Shown: positions 18,584-28,850 of the stretch, one piece after another
Numbering within the stretch: position 1 is the first letter of the stretch
Layout: each line of letters begins with the position of its first letter
DNA from: Candidatus Avedoeria danica
Lineage (GTDB): Bacteria > Chloroflexota > Anaerolineae > Epilineales > Epilineaceae
Assembly: GCA_016703025.1 (NCBI GenBank)
Contig: JADJCV010000004.1
Location: 491,164-555,163, forward strand
Reading direction: 5' to 3'
DNA length: 64,000 nt
Notes under the pieces: generated by a model
What the model was told of the DNA's origin: nothing
Databases searched by the model: none
What the model saw: only the letters and a program-made list of their open reading frames with translations
Translations under genes and position numbers: made by a program

Positions 18584-19462
18584 TTGACCTCGCCTCTCCT
18601 CATCGGCATCAGCGGCGCCCCCGACGCCATCCAGGGCACCGGCAGCGCCGCATCGGTCCGCGCCTGCCGCGCGCTCGGCATCGACGCCCTCGAGTTGGCG
18701 TGGGTGCACAGCGTCTCGGTGAAGCCGGAGGGGGGTGCGAAGATACGGGCGGCGGCCGAGTCGATGGGCGTTCGGTTGAGCGTTCACGCGCCGTACTACA
18801 TCAACCTGAACAGCCCGGAGCCGGACAAGGTGGAGGCCAGCATCGGCCGGATCGTCCTGGCGGCGCGCGGCGCGGCGTGGGTCGGGGCGCGGAACGTCGT
18901 GCTTCACCTCGGCTTCTACCACACGGGCGACCGGGCGGACGTCTACGCGCGGATGCGGGACGGCCTGCTCGAAGCGCTTTCGCGCATCGCTGATGCGGAC
19001 GACATCGACCCGACGACGGTCTGCCTGCGCCCGGAGCTCATGGGCCGGGCGAGCCAGTTCGGTGACCTGGACGAGGTGCTGCGGCTCTGCCAGGACGTGC
19101 CGGGCATCGCCCCGTGTCTCGACGTGGCGCACTGGCATGCCCGCACCGGCGCCTGGAACACGGCGCACGAGTTCGAGTCGTTCTTCCGCGCGGTGCGCGA
19201 TGCGCTCGGGCCGGCGGCGCTGCAGGACCTCCACATCCACATCAGCGGCATCGCCTACGGCCCGTTGGGCGAGAAGAAGCACCTGCCGTTCGCGGAGGCC
19301 GACCTCGACGTGCGCGCGTTCCTCGAAGTCGCCACCGACATGGCGCTGGCCGGCACGGCGATCGTCGAGAGTCCGGAGCGGGAGCGCGACGTGCTGTGGT
19401 TGATCGAGCGGCAGCGCGAGGCACGGGGCACGACGGCGGGCGGATCGGAGCAGACGATATGA
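18584..19462 (+). CDS. Xylose-isomerase-like TIM-barrel protein, AP endonuclease family 2 (endonuclease IV-like)
   Basis: HAPYYINLNSPEP, NVVLHLG, CLDVAHWHARTG, LHIHISGI resemble Nfo metal-binding segments. Confidence 0.55.
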   Translation: MTSPLLIGISGAPDAIQGTGSAASVRACRALGIDALELAWVHSVSVKPEGGAKIRAAAESMGVRLSVHAPYYINLNSPEPDKVEASIGRIVLAARGAAWVGARNVVLHLGFYHTGDRADVYARMRDGLLEALSRIADADDIDPTTVCLRPELMGRASQFGDLDEVLRLCQDVPGIAPCLDVAHWHARTGAWNTAHEFESFFRAVRDALGPAALQDLHIHISGIAYGPLGEKKHLPFAEADLDVRAFLEVATDMALAGTAIVESPERERDVLWLIERQREARGTTAGGSEQTI

Positions 19463-19899
19463 CCAGCACCGGCTTCGCCGCGTACTATCCTGTGATCGCC
19501 GCCAGCATGATGGCCGCCGTGCCGCTCTATGCCGTGCTGCGCGGCCGCGCGATCGGCCCGCCCGCGCCGCGGTCGCTCGGCCGGCACGCGGTGTGGTTCG
19601 CCGCGTTCTTTGCCGCGGCGCTGCTTGGCTTCCGCTTCGCGTCCGCCGTGTGGACGCTTCTCGTCTACAGCATCGTCATCGGTATGCTCACCGCCCCGCG
19701 TGTCCGACAGGTTGCGCAGCGTGTCCTGTACGGCAGGGCGTGGGTGGAAGCCCATCCCGAAACGGCGGCTGCCGAGGCCAAGCTGACGTTCATCCCGCTG
19801 TTTTCGGTCGCCATCGCGTCGTTCCTCTTCGCGATGCTCGCGCGGGCGTTCGAGATCGTGGCGTCCGTCACGGGACCGGGCGGCGGCAGCGGGCCGTGA
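19459..19899 (+). CDS. Small hypothetical membrane protein (3-4 TM)
   Basis: ATG at 19459 overlapping the previous stop; hydrophobic segments; no known domain. Low confidence. Confidence 0.35.
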   Translation: MTSTGFAAYYPVIAASMMAAVPLYAVLRGRAIGPPAPRSLGRHAVWFAAFFAAALLGFRFASAVWTLLVYSIVIGMLTAPRVRQVAQRVLYGRAWVEAHPETAAAEAKLTFIPLFSVAIASFLFAMLARAFEIVASVTGPGGGSGP

Positions 19900-19938
19900 T
19901 CGACGATTCCCGGGTGCCCCGGCGGCTATAATCGCCCC

Positions 19939-20619
19939 ATGACCTTCCTCCTGGACACGATCGTCTGCCCGCCCTTCGGCGAGAACACCTACCTCGTCGG
20001 CGACGCCGCCTCCGGCGAGGCCGTCGTCATCGATCCCGGCGGCCGGATCGACGAGATCGTGCGCACGGCCGAGCTGCGGGGCGTGCGGATCACGCAGATC
20101 TGGGGCACGCACAGCCACATCGACCACATGGCCGGCGTGGCCGAGCTGCAGCGGCGAACGGGCGCACCGTTCCTGTTGCACCCGGAGGCAGTGCCGATGC
20201 TCGTCGGCTTGCCCGTGCAGGCGGAGCGCTTCGGCATGCCGCCGGTGGCCGTGCCGACCGTACAGCGGCTGCTGGCAGCGGGCGACTCGGTTTCCGCCGG
20301 CCAGTACACGTTCACCGTGCGCGACACGCCCGGCCACGCGCCCGGCCACGTCACGTTCGTCGGCCGCGACGTCGAATACGAGGGCGTCACGGCCGACGTG
20401 GCGTTCTGCGGCGACGTGATCTTCCATGGCTCGATCGGCCGCACGGACCTGCCGGGCGGCGACTATGCGCTTCTCCTTGGATCGATCGAGGCGCAGATCC
20501 TCACGCTGGACGACCGAACCGTCCTGTTCAACGGCCATGGGCCGGCGACGACGGTCGGGCGGGAGCGGCGATCGAACCCGTTCGTGCTGGACTGGTTGGC
20601 CCATCATGTCGCGCGGTGA
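19939..20619 (+). CDS. MBL-fold metallo-hydrolase (glyoxalase II-like)
   Basis: HxHxDH motif (THSHIDHMAG), downstream His/Asp ligands (TPGHAPGHV, CGD, NGHG). Confidence 0.8.
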   Translation: MTFLLDTIVCPPFGENTYLVGDAASGEAVVIDPGGRIDEIVRTAELRGVRITQIWGTHSHIDHMAGVAELQRRTGAPFLLHPEAVPMLVGLPVQAERFGMPPVAVPTVQRLLAAGDSVSAGQYTFTVRDTPGHAPGHVTFVGRDVEYEGVTADVAFCGDVIFHGSIGRTDLPGGDYALLLGSIEAQILTLDDRTVLFNGHGPATTVGRERRSNPFVLDWLAHHVAR

Positions 20620-20887
20620 CGCTGCCGCGCCGCCCGCGCTGGTGCACGTCCGGTTGTTCGCGGCCTACCGCGACGCAGCCGGCCGGTCGGAGCTGATGCG
20701 GTCGATCGCCGGGCCGGACGGCACGCCCGTAACGGTGGGCGATCTGTGGGCCGCCCTCGTCGCCGATCACCCTGCGCTGTCGAAGATGCCGCCGGCCGCC
20801 GCCGTCAATGCCGTCCTGGCCCGCTTCGAGCACGTCCTCGCGCCGGGCGACGAGGTCGCGTTCCTGCCGCCGGTCAGCGGCGGGTAG
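20606..20887 (+). CDS. moaD: Molybdopterin synthase sulfur-carrier subunit MoaD
   Basis: 93-aa ubiquitin-like protein ending ...PPVSGG (C-terminal Gly-Gly); ATG at 20606 overlaps MBL gene end. Confidence 0.7.
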   Translation: MSRGDAAAPPALVHVRLFAAYRDAAGRSELMRSIAGPDGTPVTVGDLWAALVADHPALSKMPPAAAVNAVLARFEHVLAPGDEVAFLPPVSGG

Positions 20888-21354
20888 ACGCGGACGATGG
20901 CGGCAGGAACCTGTTGAACCGCCTCGCGGCCCTGACCGCCGCCGACATCGACCCCCGCGCCGTCGAAGCGCTCGTCGCCCGCCCGGGCGCAGGGGCCGTT
21001 GTGACGTTCCTCGGCGTGACGCGCGACCACACCGAGGGGCGGGCCATCGACTGGCTGGAGTACGAGGCGTTCGACGAGATGGCGGTGCCGGCGTTGCAGG
21101 CGCTCGTCGACGGCGTGGCGGAGCGCTGGGCGGGGGCGACGGCGGCCGTCGTCCACCGCACGGGGCGCGTCGACATCGGCCAGGCGTCCGTCGTCATCGC
21201 GGTGGCGGCACCGCACCGGGCTGAGGCGTTCGAGGCGTGCCGGTGGGTGATCGACACGCTGAAGTCGACGGTGCCGATCTGGAAGAAGGATGTCTGGGCG
21301 GGGGGCGGGGCGTCGGCCTGGGTGGCGGGGACGGCGATGGAGGGACCGACGTGA
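20884..21354 (+). CDS. moaE: Molybdopterin synthase catalytic subunit MoaE
   Basis: VVTFLGVTRDH...VVHRTGRVDIGQASVVIAVAAPHRAEAFEACRWVIDTLKSTVPIWKK matches MoaE. No ATG near the homologous N-terminus; start uncertain (possible TTG at 20914; ORF track uses a far-upstream alternative start at 20746). Confidence 0.65.
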   Translation, partial: VDADDGGRNLLNRLAALTAADIDPRAVEALVARPGAGAVVTFLGVTRDHTEGRAIDWLEYEAFDEMAVPALQALVDGVAERWAGATAAVVHRTGRVDIGQASVVIAVAAPHRAEAFEACRWVIDTLKSTVPIWKKDVWAGGGASAWVAGTAMEGPT

Positions 21355-21486
21355 TCGCCGGCCTGCTCAGGCAACCGGCTCGGCTCCACGGCGTGATCGT
21401 CCGCTGAAGATCCGCACCGAAGCGCGCGAGCGGCGGACGCCTTCCCGGCTTGGCCCCGCCACCCGCCTGACGCCATAATCCACCCG

Positions 21487-22569
21487 ATGAGCACGTTCCA
21501 CGACCCCATCGTCGACCTCGACCTCGCGGCCCTCACCGCCGACGACGGCCGGCCGCTGCCGTTCCGCCACCGCCGCCCGCCGTGGCTGAAGGTCCGCGCG
21601 CCGTGGGGTGAGACGTTCGGGGCGGTCGAGCAGCTCATGCGGTCCAACGCGCTGCACACGGTGTGCGAGGAAGCGCGCTGCCCGAACATCGGCGAGTGCT
21701 GGGGGGCCGGCACGGCGACGTTCCTGATCATGGGCGACACGTGCACCCGCAGCTGCGGCTTCTGTGCGATCAAGACGGGCCGGCCGGGTGTGTTGGACGT
21801 CCTCGAGCCCGAGCGCGTGGCGCGGACGATCGAACGGCTGAACCTGACGCACTGCGTGATCACCTCGGTGAACCGCGACGAGCTGCCCGACGGCGGCGCC
21901 GCGATCTTCGGCCGCTCGATCGCGCGCAGCCGCGCGTTGGCGCCGCACACGTCCATCGAGGTCCTCATCCCGGACTTCTGCGGCGACCGCGCGGCGCTGC
22001 AGGTGGTGATGGACGCGCGGCCCGAGATCCTTAACCACAATTTGGAGACCGTCCCGCGCCTGTATCGCACCGTCCGACCGCAGGCCATCTACCCGCGCTC
22101 GCTCGACGTCCTGCGGTGGGCCAAGGAGATGGACCCGACCGTCCTCACGAAGACCGGCATCATGGTCGGCCTCGGCGAGACCTGGGCGGAGATCGAGACG
22201 CTGATCGGTGACCTCGTGGCCGTCGGCGTGGACATCCTGACCGTCGGCCAGTACCTCCGCCCGACCGAAGCCCACCTGCCGATCATGCGCTACTGGTCCC
22301 CCGACGAGTTCGACCGGCTGCGCGACACCGGCCTTGCCATCGGCCTGCGCTGGGTCGAGGCCGGTCCGCTCGTGCGCAGCTCCTACCGCGCCGAACAGCA
22401 GGTGGCCCACCTGTCCGCGCGCAGCCCGCACGACGGCATGCGCCGCACCGCCGCGGAGCTGCGCCATCTGGCCCGCGTCGCTGCCGACGACGATCACGGG
22501 CACCCATCGCACCCGTCGCCCGCAGCCGCGACCGCCGAGATCACGCTCTTCGACGCCGCCGGGGCATGA
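21487..22569 (+). CDS. lipA: Lipoyl synthase LipA
   Basis: Two Cys clusters: [12 protein letters not shown] (auxiliary) and CTRSCGFC (radical SAM CxxxCxxC); ~70-aa C-terminal extension. Confidence 0.9.
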   Translation: MSTFHDPIVDLDLAALTADDGRPLPFRHRRPPWLKVRAPWGETFGAVEQLMRSNALHTVCEEARCPNIGECWGAGTATFLIMGDTCTRSCGFCAIKTGRPGVLDVLEPERVARTIERLNLTHCVITSVNRDELPDGGAAIFGRSIARSRALAPHTSIEVLIPDFCGDRAALQVVMDARPEILNHNLETVPRLYRTVRPQAIYPRSLDVLRWAKEMDPTVLTKTGIMVGLGETWAEIETLIGDLVAVGVDILTVGQYLRPTEAHLPIMRYWSPDEFDRLRDTGLAIGLRWVEAGPLVRSSYRAEQQVAHLSARSPHDGMRRTAAELRHLARVAADDDHGHPSHPSPAAATAEITLFDAAGA

Positions 22570-23432
22570 TCGACCTCCACACCCACACGACCGCTTCCGA
22601 CGGCACGCTCACGCCCCCCGAACTCGTTGCCCACGCCGCCGCTGCCCGCCTGCTCACGCTGGCCATCACCGACCACGACACGACGGACGCCATCGCACCG
22701 GCCGCCGCCGCCGCCGAGGCGCACGGGATCACGCTGATCGCCGGCGTCGAGCTCGGCACGGAGGATGAGCGGGGGGAGCACGACATCCTCGGCTACTTCG
22801 TCGATGTCGCCGATCCGCCCTTCCAGTCCCTCCTCGAGACGATCCGCGCCCACCGCCACGTCCGCGCCGTCGCCATCGTCGAGCGCCTTCGCGCCGCCGG
22901 TGCCCCGCTCGCCATCGACGACGTGCTGGCCCTGTCCGACGGCGGTGCGATCGGCCGGCCGCACGTCGCGCGCGCGCTCGTGGCGATCGGCTGGGCGGAG
23001 GACGTGTCCGATGCGTTCAACCGCTTCCTCGGCACCGGCCGCCCGGCGCACGTCGGGCGCTACCGCCTCTCGCCGGCCGAAGCGTGTGCGGCCATCCGCG
23101 CTGCCGGCGGCGTGCCCGTCCTGGCCCACCCGACCCCGCCCGGCAACCCATGGTCCGACCCCAAACGGCTGCGGACGATGCTCGGACCGCTCGCCGACGC
23201 CGGCCTTGGCGGTCTCGAGTGCTATTACACCGGCTACACCGCCCGCGTGAACCGCTGGCTGGCCGTGCTGGCCGACCACTTCGGGCTCGTGCCCTCCGGC
23301 GGCAGCGATTTCCACGGTCCGCACCGTCCGCGCAGCGTGCTCGGCGCGGTGCGCGTGCCCGAGGACACCGTCGAGCGGCTGCGCGCGGCGGCGGGTCCGG
23401 TGCCGGGGGACCGGCCGAGAGCCCGCCAGTGA
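22566..23432 (+). CDS. PHP-domain phosphoesterase (TrpH/YciV-like)
   Basis: N-terminal [12 protein letters not shown], internal [10 protein letters not shown] His motifs typical of PHP domain. Confidence 0.75.
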   Translation: MIDLHTHTTASDGTLTPPELVAHAAAARLLTLAITDHDTTDAIAPAAAAAEAHGITLIAGVELGTEDERGEHDILGYFVDVADPPFQSLLETIRAHRHVRAVAIVERLRAAGAPLAIDDVLALSDGGAIGRPHVARALVAIGWAEDVSDAFNRFLGTGRPAHVGRYRLSPAEACAAIRAAGGVPVLAHPTPPGNPWSDPKRLRTMLGPLADAGLGGLECYYTGYTARVNRWLAVLADHFGLVPSGGSDFHGPHRPRSVLGAVRVPEDTVERLRAAAGPVPGDRPRARQ

Positions 23433-24634
23433 GCGTCCCGCTCGGCGTGCCAGGGCACGTGAACGGATCCCGCCTGATCCTCGGCATCGAGACGTCGTGC
23501 GATGAGACCGCCGCCGCCGTCGTCGAGGCGGGCCGCGTCGTCTGGTCGAACGTCGTCGCCAGCCAGGCGATGCTGCACGCCCCGTACGGCGGCGTCTTCC
23601 CCGAGGTCGCAAGCCGCCAGCACGTCCGCGACATCGCACCCGTGATCGAGGCGGCGCTGCTGGACGCGGGGATCACGTTGGCCGATGTCGAGGCGATCGC
23701 CGTCACGACCGGTCCCGGCCTCGCCGGCGCGCTGCTCGTCGGCGCCAACGCCGCCAAGGGCCTCGCGATCGCGACCGGCAAGCCGCTCATCGCCGTGAAC
23801 CACCTGGCCGGCCATCTGGCCTCCAACTGGCTGCACGCGGACGGCGTCCTGCATGAGCGCCCGGCGGGCCGCGGCGTCGGCGGCCCGGACGTGGACGAAG
23901 CGGGTGCGGATGGGGCTGCCTTCGACGGCGACGCCAAGCCGCGGCGCGACCTCGATCCGGCGACGCTGCCGACCCCGCCGCTCCCCCACCTCGCCCTCAT
24001 CGTCTCCGGCGGCCACACCCACCTCTTCTGGGTCCGCGCGCTCGGCGACATGACGCTCATCGCGGCCACGCGCGACGACGCGGCCGGCGAGGCGTTCGAC
24101 AAGGCCTCCCGCATCCTCGGCCTCGGCTATCCCGGCGGCCCGGCCGTCCAGCGCGCCGCCGAAGACGGGGATCCGTCGCGCTTCCCGCTGCCCGTCGCCC
24201 GCACGGACGACGGCGACTGGAGCTTCAGCGGCTTGAAGACGGCCTTGGCGCGCCGGGTAGCACAGCTGTCGGTAGCACAGCTGTCGGCGGCACCACCGTC
24301 CACGAATGCCGATGATCCGCCCCGTCCCCTCCCGGTCGCCGATCTGGCCGCGTCCTTCCAGGCCGCCGTCGTGCGCGCCATCACGGAGCGGCTGCAGCGG
24401 GCCGTCGCCGAGCACCCCGCGCGTGCCATCGCCGTATCGGGCGGCGTCAGCGCCAACACCGCCCTGCGCACCGCGCTCGCCACCGCGTTCGACATCCCGA
24501 TCCTGTTTCCGCCGCTGGCCCTCTGCACGGACAACGCGGCGATGATCGCGGCGGCGGGGTGGTTTGCGTGGGAGCGCGGCGCGGGCGGGGATGGGCTGGG
24601 TTTCGACGTGCGGGCGGACTGGGGCTTGGGCTGA
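23429..24634 (+). CDS. tsaD: tRNA N6-adenosine threonylcarbamoyltransferase TsaD
   Basis: LGIETSCDETAAAVV, HLAGHL metal-binding motif, SGGVSAN; GTG start overlaps PHP stop (GTGA). Contains an in-frame 15-nt tandem duplication (VAQLSVAQLS, 24257-24286). Confidence 0.9.
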   Translation: MSVPLGVPGHVNGSRLILGIETSCDETAAAVVEAGRVVWSNVVASQAMLHAPYGGVFPEVASRQHVRDIAPVIEAALLDAGITLADVEAIAVTTGPGLAGALLVGANAAKGLAIATGKPLIAVNHLAGHLASNWLHADGVLHERPAGRGVGGPDVDEAGADGAAFDGDAKPRRDLDPATLPTPPLPHLALIVSGGHTHLFWVRALGDMTLIAATRDDAAGEAFDKASRILGLGYPGGPAVQRAAEDGDPSRFPLPVARTDDGDWSFSGLKTALARRVAQLSVAQLSAAPPSTNADDPPRPLPVADLAASFQAAVVRAITERLQRAVAEHPARAIAVSGGVSANTALRTALATAFDIPILFPPLALCTDNAAMIAAAGWFAWERGAGGDGLGFDVRADWGLG

Positions 24635-24696
24635 GCGCCGCGGCGGGCGACGGATCGACACCGTCCCGTTGCGCGCGCCGACCTTCGATGTGGCCG

Positions 24697-27651
24697 CTAC
24701 CGTCCCCGGCTCCACGCCAGATACGGCGAACAGAACGGCCGATTGAACCGCCACCCCGAGCCCGGATCGTCCTCGCGGAACCCGCCGATCCCGTCCACCG
24801 GCTCGACGATCAGCCGCCACATCCGGTCGCGTCGGACGTGCCATCGGCCGTCGGGCGAGTAATCGGGCAGGAGCGTCGCGAGCGTCCGGCTTTTGGAGCG
24901 CGGCACGCTTGTGACGTTGCCGGAGTCGGCGTCGAGGATGAAGGCGATCGTCGCGTCGCCGTCCACCTGCCACGCCCCGCGCCTGCCCACGTCCTGCCCG
25001 GCCAACGGCCACGTCTCGCCGACGATGGGCGACATGCGCGACGAGTCGTTGTCGGCGCCGACGTACAGGGCCAAGCGGTGCGTGTCGGGCACCCAGCCCG
25101 CCTGCCACGCCGCACCGAACTGCCCGTCGACGGTCTGCGGCGCGTTCATCGCGACGTGCAGCTCGTCGGATTCCGGCTGCCAGGCGAGCGCAACTACGCA
25201 GTCGGACGCGTCGCCGCAGCGCGCCGCCGTCCGGAACGACGCGGCCAGCCACAGCCCGTCGTCCGACCATTCGACGCCCATGACCTCGTTCACATTGGTG
25301 AATCCCAGGACGGGATCGCGCGGTTCCATCGCCTCGGCGAGCCGGTCCATCGGCATCGTCGCCACCTCGCCCAGCGAGTCGGCGTCGAGCACGGAGACGA
25401 TGTACTTGGCGACGCCGTCGTACGGGTCGAGGTTCTCGGGGCCGTCGTCTGGCGCGGGAACGTCGTCGACCTCGTTCTCTCGCGACACTTCGCCTGATGC
25501 TTCGTCGCCGTTGGTCGCTCTCGCGGCCTCGGATCGGGATATGATCCGCGCGATCCGCGTGCCGTCGGGCGACCACGCCATCGCCGCGCCGCGGACGACG
25601 TGCGCTTCGACCCCGTCCAGCGATCGCAGGATGAACCCCCGGCTGGCGCTGTCCCGAAAGGCGACGCGCGCTCCGTCGGGCGCCCACATTGGCCGGTGCC
25701 CGCGGATCGTCGAAGCCGTAGACTCGAGGTGCGAGACGTAGGCATCGGTCACGGGCCGATGAACCACGACCGTTCGCATGACCGGTCGCGCCGCGACGTC
25801 GACCGCCCACACGCCGCCAACCTCCACCATCTCGAGCGCATCGTCGATGCCCTCGCTGAACCCGGCCCATGCGATCGAGCGACCGTCGGGCGACCAGTCC
25901 AGCCACGTCACGTACAGCGAGCGGTTTCCGTCATTGGGCTGAATGGTCGTCGGCCGTTCGATTCGGTGCCACACGCCGTCGTCGGCGCGGCGACGCAGGA
26001 CGGACAGGAACGCGCTTGCCTTACTTACCATGACGTCGAAATCGAGACATGCGACCGCGAGGGCCTGACCGTCCGGGCTCCATGCCGATGCCGAATGGCG
26101 CATCCCACCGCACGCCGCCTCGCCCACGCTGACGACACCGCCCTCGCGCGAGACGAGGAGACCGTCGTTCGCGTCCAACGTCCGCATGACGATCGGCTCG
26201 GCCACGAACGGCGCCTGCCGCACCGGCCAGTCGAGCGCGAACGCGAGCCCCTCGGGTCCGATCCCGTGCTCGACCGGCGGCGGGATCGAGTTGTCGTACC
26301 CGCCCCAGTCGGCGTCCGTCGTCCACGCGACCATCGCCTGCTCGAACGCCGCTTCGTCGTGCCGCAGGAGCGTCGCTGCAAAGCTGCGGGCCGCCGTCGC
26401 ACGCTCACGCGGAGAAACGGCATCGGCCGTGACGCTTCGGGCGTCGAGATGCCAGAGCGTCAGGCCGAGCCGCGCGGCGGTGGGGTCGGCGATCAGGGCA
26501 TCGGTCGCCTTGGCATCCGCGTCCTCGATCAGCCATGCCTCGATGAGCGCCGGGCTGAACGAGCGGTTCGCCGGCTGTCGGAAAAGGTCCGGCTGGGGCG
26601 GTTCCTCCAGGTTGGCATCGCTGAACGCGTAGTCCAACCGGTGCGCCGCCGCCCGTGCCAGGCTGAACGCCAGGAGCTGGCGCGCCGCCTCGTCGGCCGG
26701 CATCCAGCCGGCGGGTGACGAAGGCGCGGTCACGCGCTGCGCGACGTCCACCGCCGACGCGTCGGCCGTGCCGAACGCGAACCGGGCGCGCCCGCCGCAG
26801 CGACGGTGGGCAGCACAGTACCGGATGACGGCGCGGTCGGCGGCCTCGAGCGCCGGGCGGAGCACGGGGCCGTCGGCGGCGGGAAACGCGGCGTGGATTC
26901 GCTCCGCGACGAAACGCTCGAGGTCGGACGGATCGCCGATCGGGGCGTCCGCCGTGAGGGCATGAAGCCAGCGGGCGTCGTCGGACCGAACGAAGCGCTG
27001 CACCTGCACGAACCGCCCGACCCGCGCGCCGTCCGTGGCTTGGACGCGGACAGTGGCGGTGACGGCCTGCACGCTGTGCGCCGCGTCCTTGGCGGCCACG
27101 ACGACGTCCTCCAACTCCGGTGGATCTTCGGTAAAGTAGAGGCCGGCATACGGACCGACGCTCTTCAGCCACCGGGCGGCAACGTCGGGCCGGCGTAGCG
27201 CCAAACGGCGGCGCTCGTCCTGCAGGCTCATGTAGAGTTCGCGGTCGCCGTCGGCCAGGGCTTCGGCTTCAAGCTGCACCACGTGCTGGACGTCGCGCTG
27301 GATCAGTCGGTGCGTCCGGTCGCCGCGATAGGCGCGCACGAGGCCGAAGAGGACGAGGACGGCGAGCGCTGCGCCGGCCGTGCGTGTCGCCCAGCGGCGG
27401 AGGCGCTCAACCGAATCGGGATGTGCCCGGAGGTCGGCGTCGCCGCCGTCGTCGCCACCGCCGCCGCCGCTTCCATGGCTGCCGTGCTCGATGTCGGCTG
27501 CCTCGCCCGCCGGCCCCCACCGGCGGCGCGCATCATCCCCATCCTCGGCGCCGTCCGCCCAGCGCGGGATCGAACGCTCGCCCTCGATTTCCCAGGCGAT
27601 GCCGTCGTCGCTCGGGCGCCGCTCTGATCGACCCGTGCGTTGCTCGCCCAT
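24697..27651 (-). CDS. Large membrane-anchored hypothetical protein with C-terminal TolB-like (PD40/WD40-like) beta-propeller repeats
   Basis: 984 aa; acidic N-terminus, one TM (AGAALAVLVLFGLV), then repeated WSPDG-type blades (AWSPDGQALAV, DWSPDGRSIAW, MWAPDGARVAF, MAWSPDGTRIA, DYSPDGRW). Confidence 0.5.
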   Translation of the reverse strand: MGEQRTGRSERRPSDDGIAWEIEGERSIPRWADGAEDGDDARRRWGPAGEAADIEHGSHGSGGGGGDDGGDADLRAHPDSVERLRRWATRTAGAALAVLVLFGLVRAYRGDRTHRLIQRDVQHVVQLEAEALADGDRELYMSLQDERRRLALRRPDVAARWLKSVGPYAGLYFTEDPPELEDVVVAAKDAAHSVQAVTATVRVQATDGARVGRFVQVQRFVRSDDARWLHALTADAPIGDPSDLERFVAERIHAAFPAADGPVLRPALEAADRAVIRYCAAHRRCGGRARFAFGTADASAVDVAQRVTAPSSPAGWMPADEAARQLLAFSLARAAAHRLDYAFSDANLEEPPQPDLFRQPANRSFSPALIEAWLIEDADAKATDALIADPTAARLGLTLWHLDARSVTADAVSPRERATAARSFAATLLRHDEAAFEQAMVAWTTDADWGGYDNSIPPPVEHGIGPEGLAFALDWPVRQAPFVAEPIVMRTLDANDGLLVSREGGVVSVGEAACGGMRHSASAWSPDGQALAVACLDFDVMVSKASAFLSVLRRRADDGVWHRIERPTTIQPNDGNRSLYVTWLDWSPDGRSIAWAGFSEGIDDALEMVEVGGVWAVDVAARPVMRTVVVHRPVTDAYVSHLESTASTIRGHRPMWAPDGARVAFRDSASRGFILRSLDGVEAHVVRGAAMAWSPDGTRIARIISRSEAARATNGDEASGEVSRENEVDDVPAPDDGPENLDPYDGVAKYIVSVLDADSLGEVATMPMDRLAEAMEPRDPVLGFTNVNEVMGVEWSDDGLWLAASFRTAARCGDASDCVVALAWQPESDELHVAMNAPQTVDGQFGAAWQAGWVPDTHRLALYVGADNDSSRMSPIVGETWPLAGQDVGRRGAWQVDGDATIAFILDADSGNVTSVPRSKSRTLATLLPDYSPDGRWHVRRDRMWRLIVEPVDGIGGFREDDPGSGWRFNRPFCSPYLAWSRGR

Positions 27652-27702
27652 CGCTCGCGCCTCCGGTGCTCCGATTCCGATCGGGTCGACGGCGGACCCG
27701 CA

Positions 27703-28704
27703 CTACGTCCAGTCGGCGTTGTCTTCGAGCGCCGCACGGACGGCGTCGGCTTCCACGGTGCGCAGCGGGCGCACGTGGCCGGCCATCGCACATGCCTGGG
27801 TGAGGGCGGCCCACTCGTGGAGCGTCAGCGTCTGCGCCCGGCGCGTTGGGTCGATTCCTGCGTCGGCGAGCGCGGCGACCGCGTCGGCGTCCGTGACATC
27901 GAGACCGGCGGCGAGGCTGTTCTTCAGCTGCTTGCGCTTCTGGCCGAAGCCGGCGCGCACGACACGGAAGAACGAGCCGATGTCGTCGACCGGCGCGGGC
28001 GGCCGTTCGTAGAGGTCGAGGCAGAGCACGGCCGACTCCACCTTGGGCGGTGGGTGGAACGCGCCCGGCGGCACGACGGCGACGCGGCGCACGGCGGCGT
28101 GGAGTTGGATCGCCACGGCCAGCACGCTGAGATTGCCCGGTGCCGCGGTGATCCGGTCGGCCACTTCCTTCTGCACCATGACGACCGCCCGAACCGGCCG
28201 CTCGCGCGCCTCGAGCAGCCGCCGCAGCACGGCCGACGTGATGTAGTAGGGCAGGTTGGCGACGACCTTGTAGTGCGGGCGCAGCGGGCCGAAGTGCGGC
28301 TGGCCGGCCGGGAGAGCCGCGTCATCCGTCGCCCCTGCGGCGACGGATGCGGAACCGTCGGCGACGCCTCCGTCGATCGGCGCCGATGCGCCGTCCGCGC
28401 CTTCGTCGAGCAGCGCCACGGGGTCGACCTTCAGGATGTCCGCGGCCACGATCGCGAGGTTCGTGCGCGCGCCCAAGCGGTTGCCGAGGATCGTCCGCAT
28501 CGCCGCGTCGATCTCGACCGCCACGACCCGTCCGGCGCGCTCGCACAGCGCCTCGGTGAGTACCCCGAGGCCGGGGCCGACCTCGAGCACGGTGTCGTCC
28601 GGCGCCAGCTCGGCGGCGTCGACGATCTGCGCGAGGTAGCTCGTGTCGACGAGGAAGTGCTGGCCGAGGCGCTTGTTCGGGCGGAGGCCGTACGCTCGCA
28701 ACAT
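27703..28704 (-). CDS. rsmA: 16S rRNA (adenine1518/1519-N6)-dimethyltransferase RsmA/KsgA
   Basis: LGQHFL, VLEVGPGLG SAM motif, NLPY catalytic motif; carries a ~35-aa Ala/Gly/Asp-rich insertion before NLPY. Confidence 0.9.
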   Translation of the reverse strand: MLRAYGLRPNKRLGQHFLVDTSYLAQIVDAAELAPDDTVLEVGPGLGVLTEALCERAGRVVAVEIDAAMRTILGNRLGARTNLAIVAADILKVDPVALLDEGADGASAPIDGGVADGSASVAAGATDDAALPAGQPHFGPLRPHYKVVANLPYYITSAVLRRLLEARERPVRAVVMVQKEVADRITAAPGNLSVLAVAIQLHAAVRRVAVVPPGAFHPPPKVESAVLCLDLYERPPAPVDDIGSFFRVVRAGFGQKRKQLKNSLAAGLDVTDADAVAALADAGIDPTRRAQTLTLHEWAALTQACAMAGHVRPLRTVEADAVRAALEDNADWT

Positions 28705-28850
28705 CGCGCTCGGCCGATCGGGGCCCGCAGCGCCGTCGGTCGCGCGCTTGCCGGCGCTCTTTCCCGCGCTCTTGCCCGCGCCCTTGACCGGACCCTTGCC
28801 CCTGCCCTTCGCGGCTGCGGCAGCGCTCTGCGCACCGCGGGCGGGGCGGC

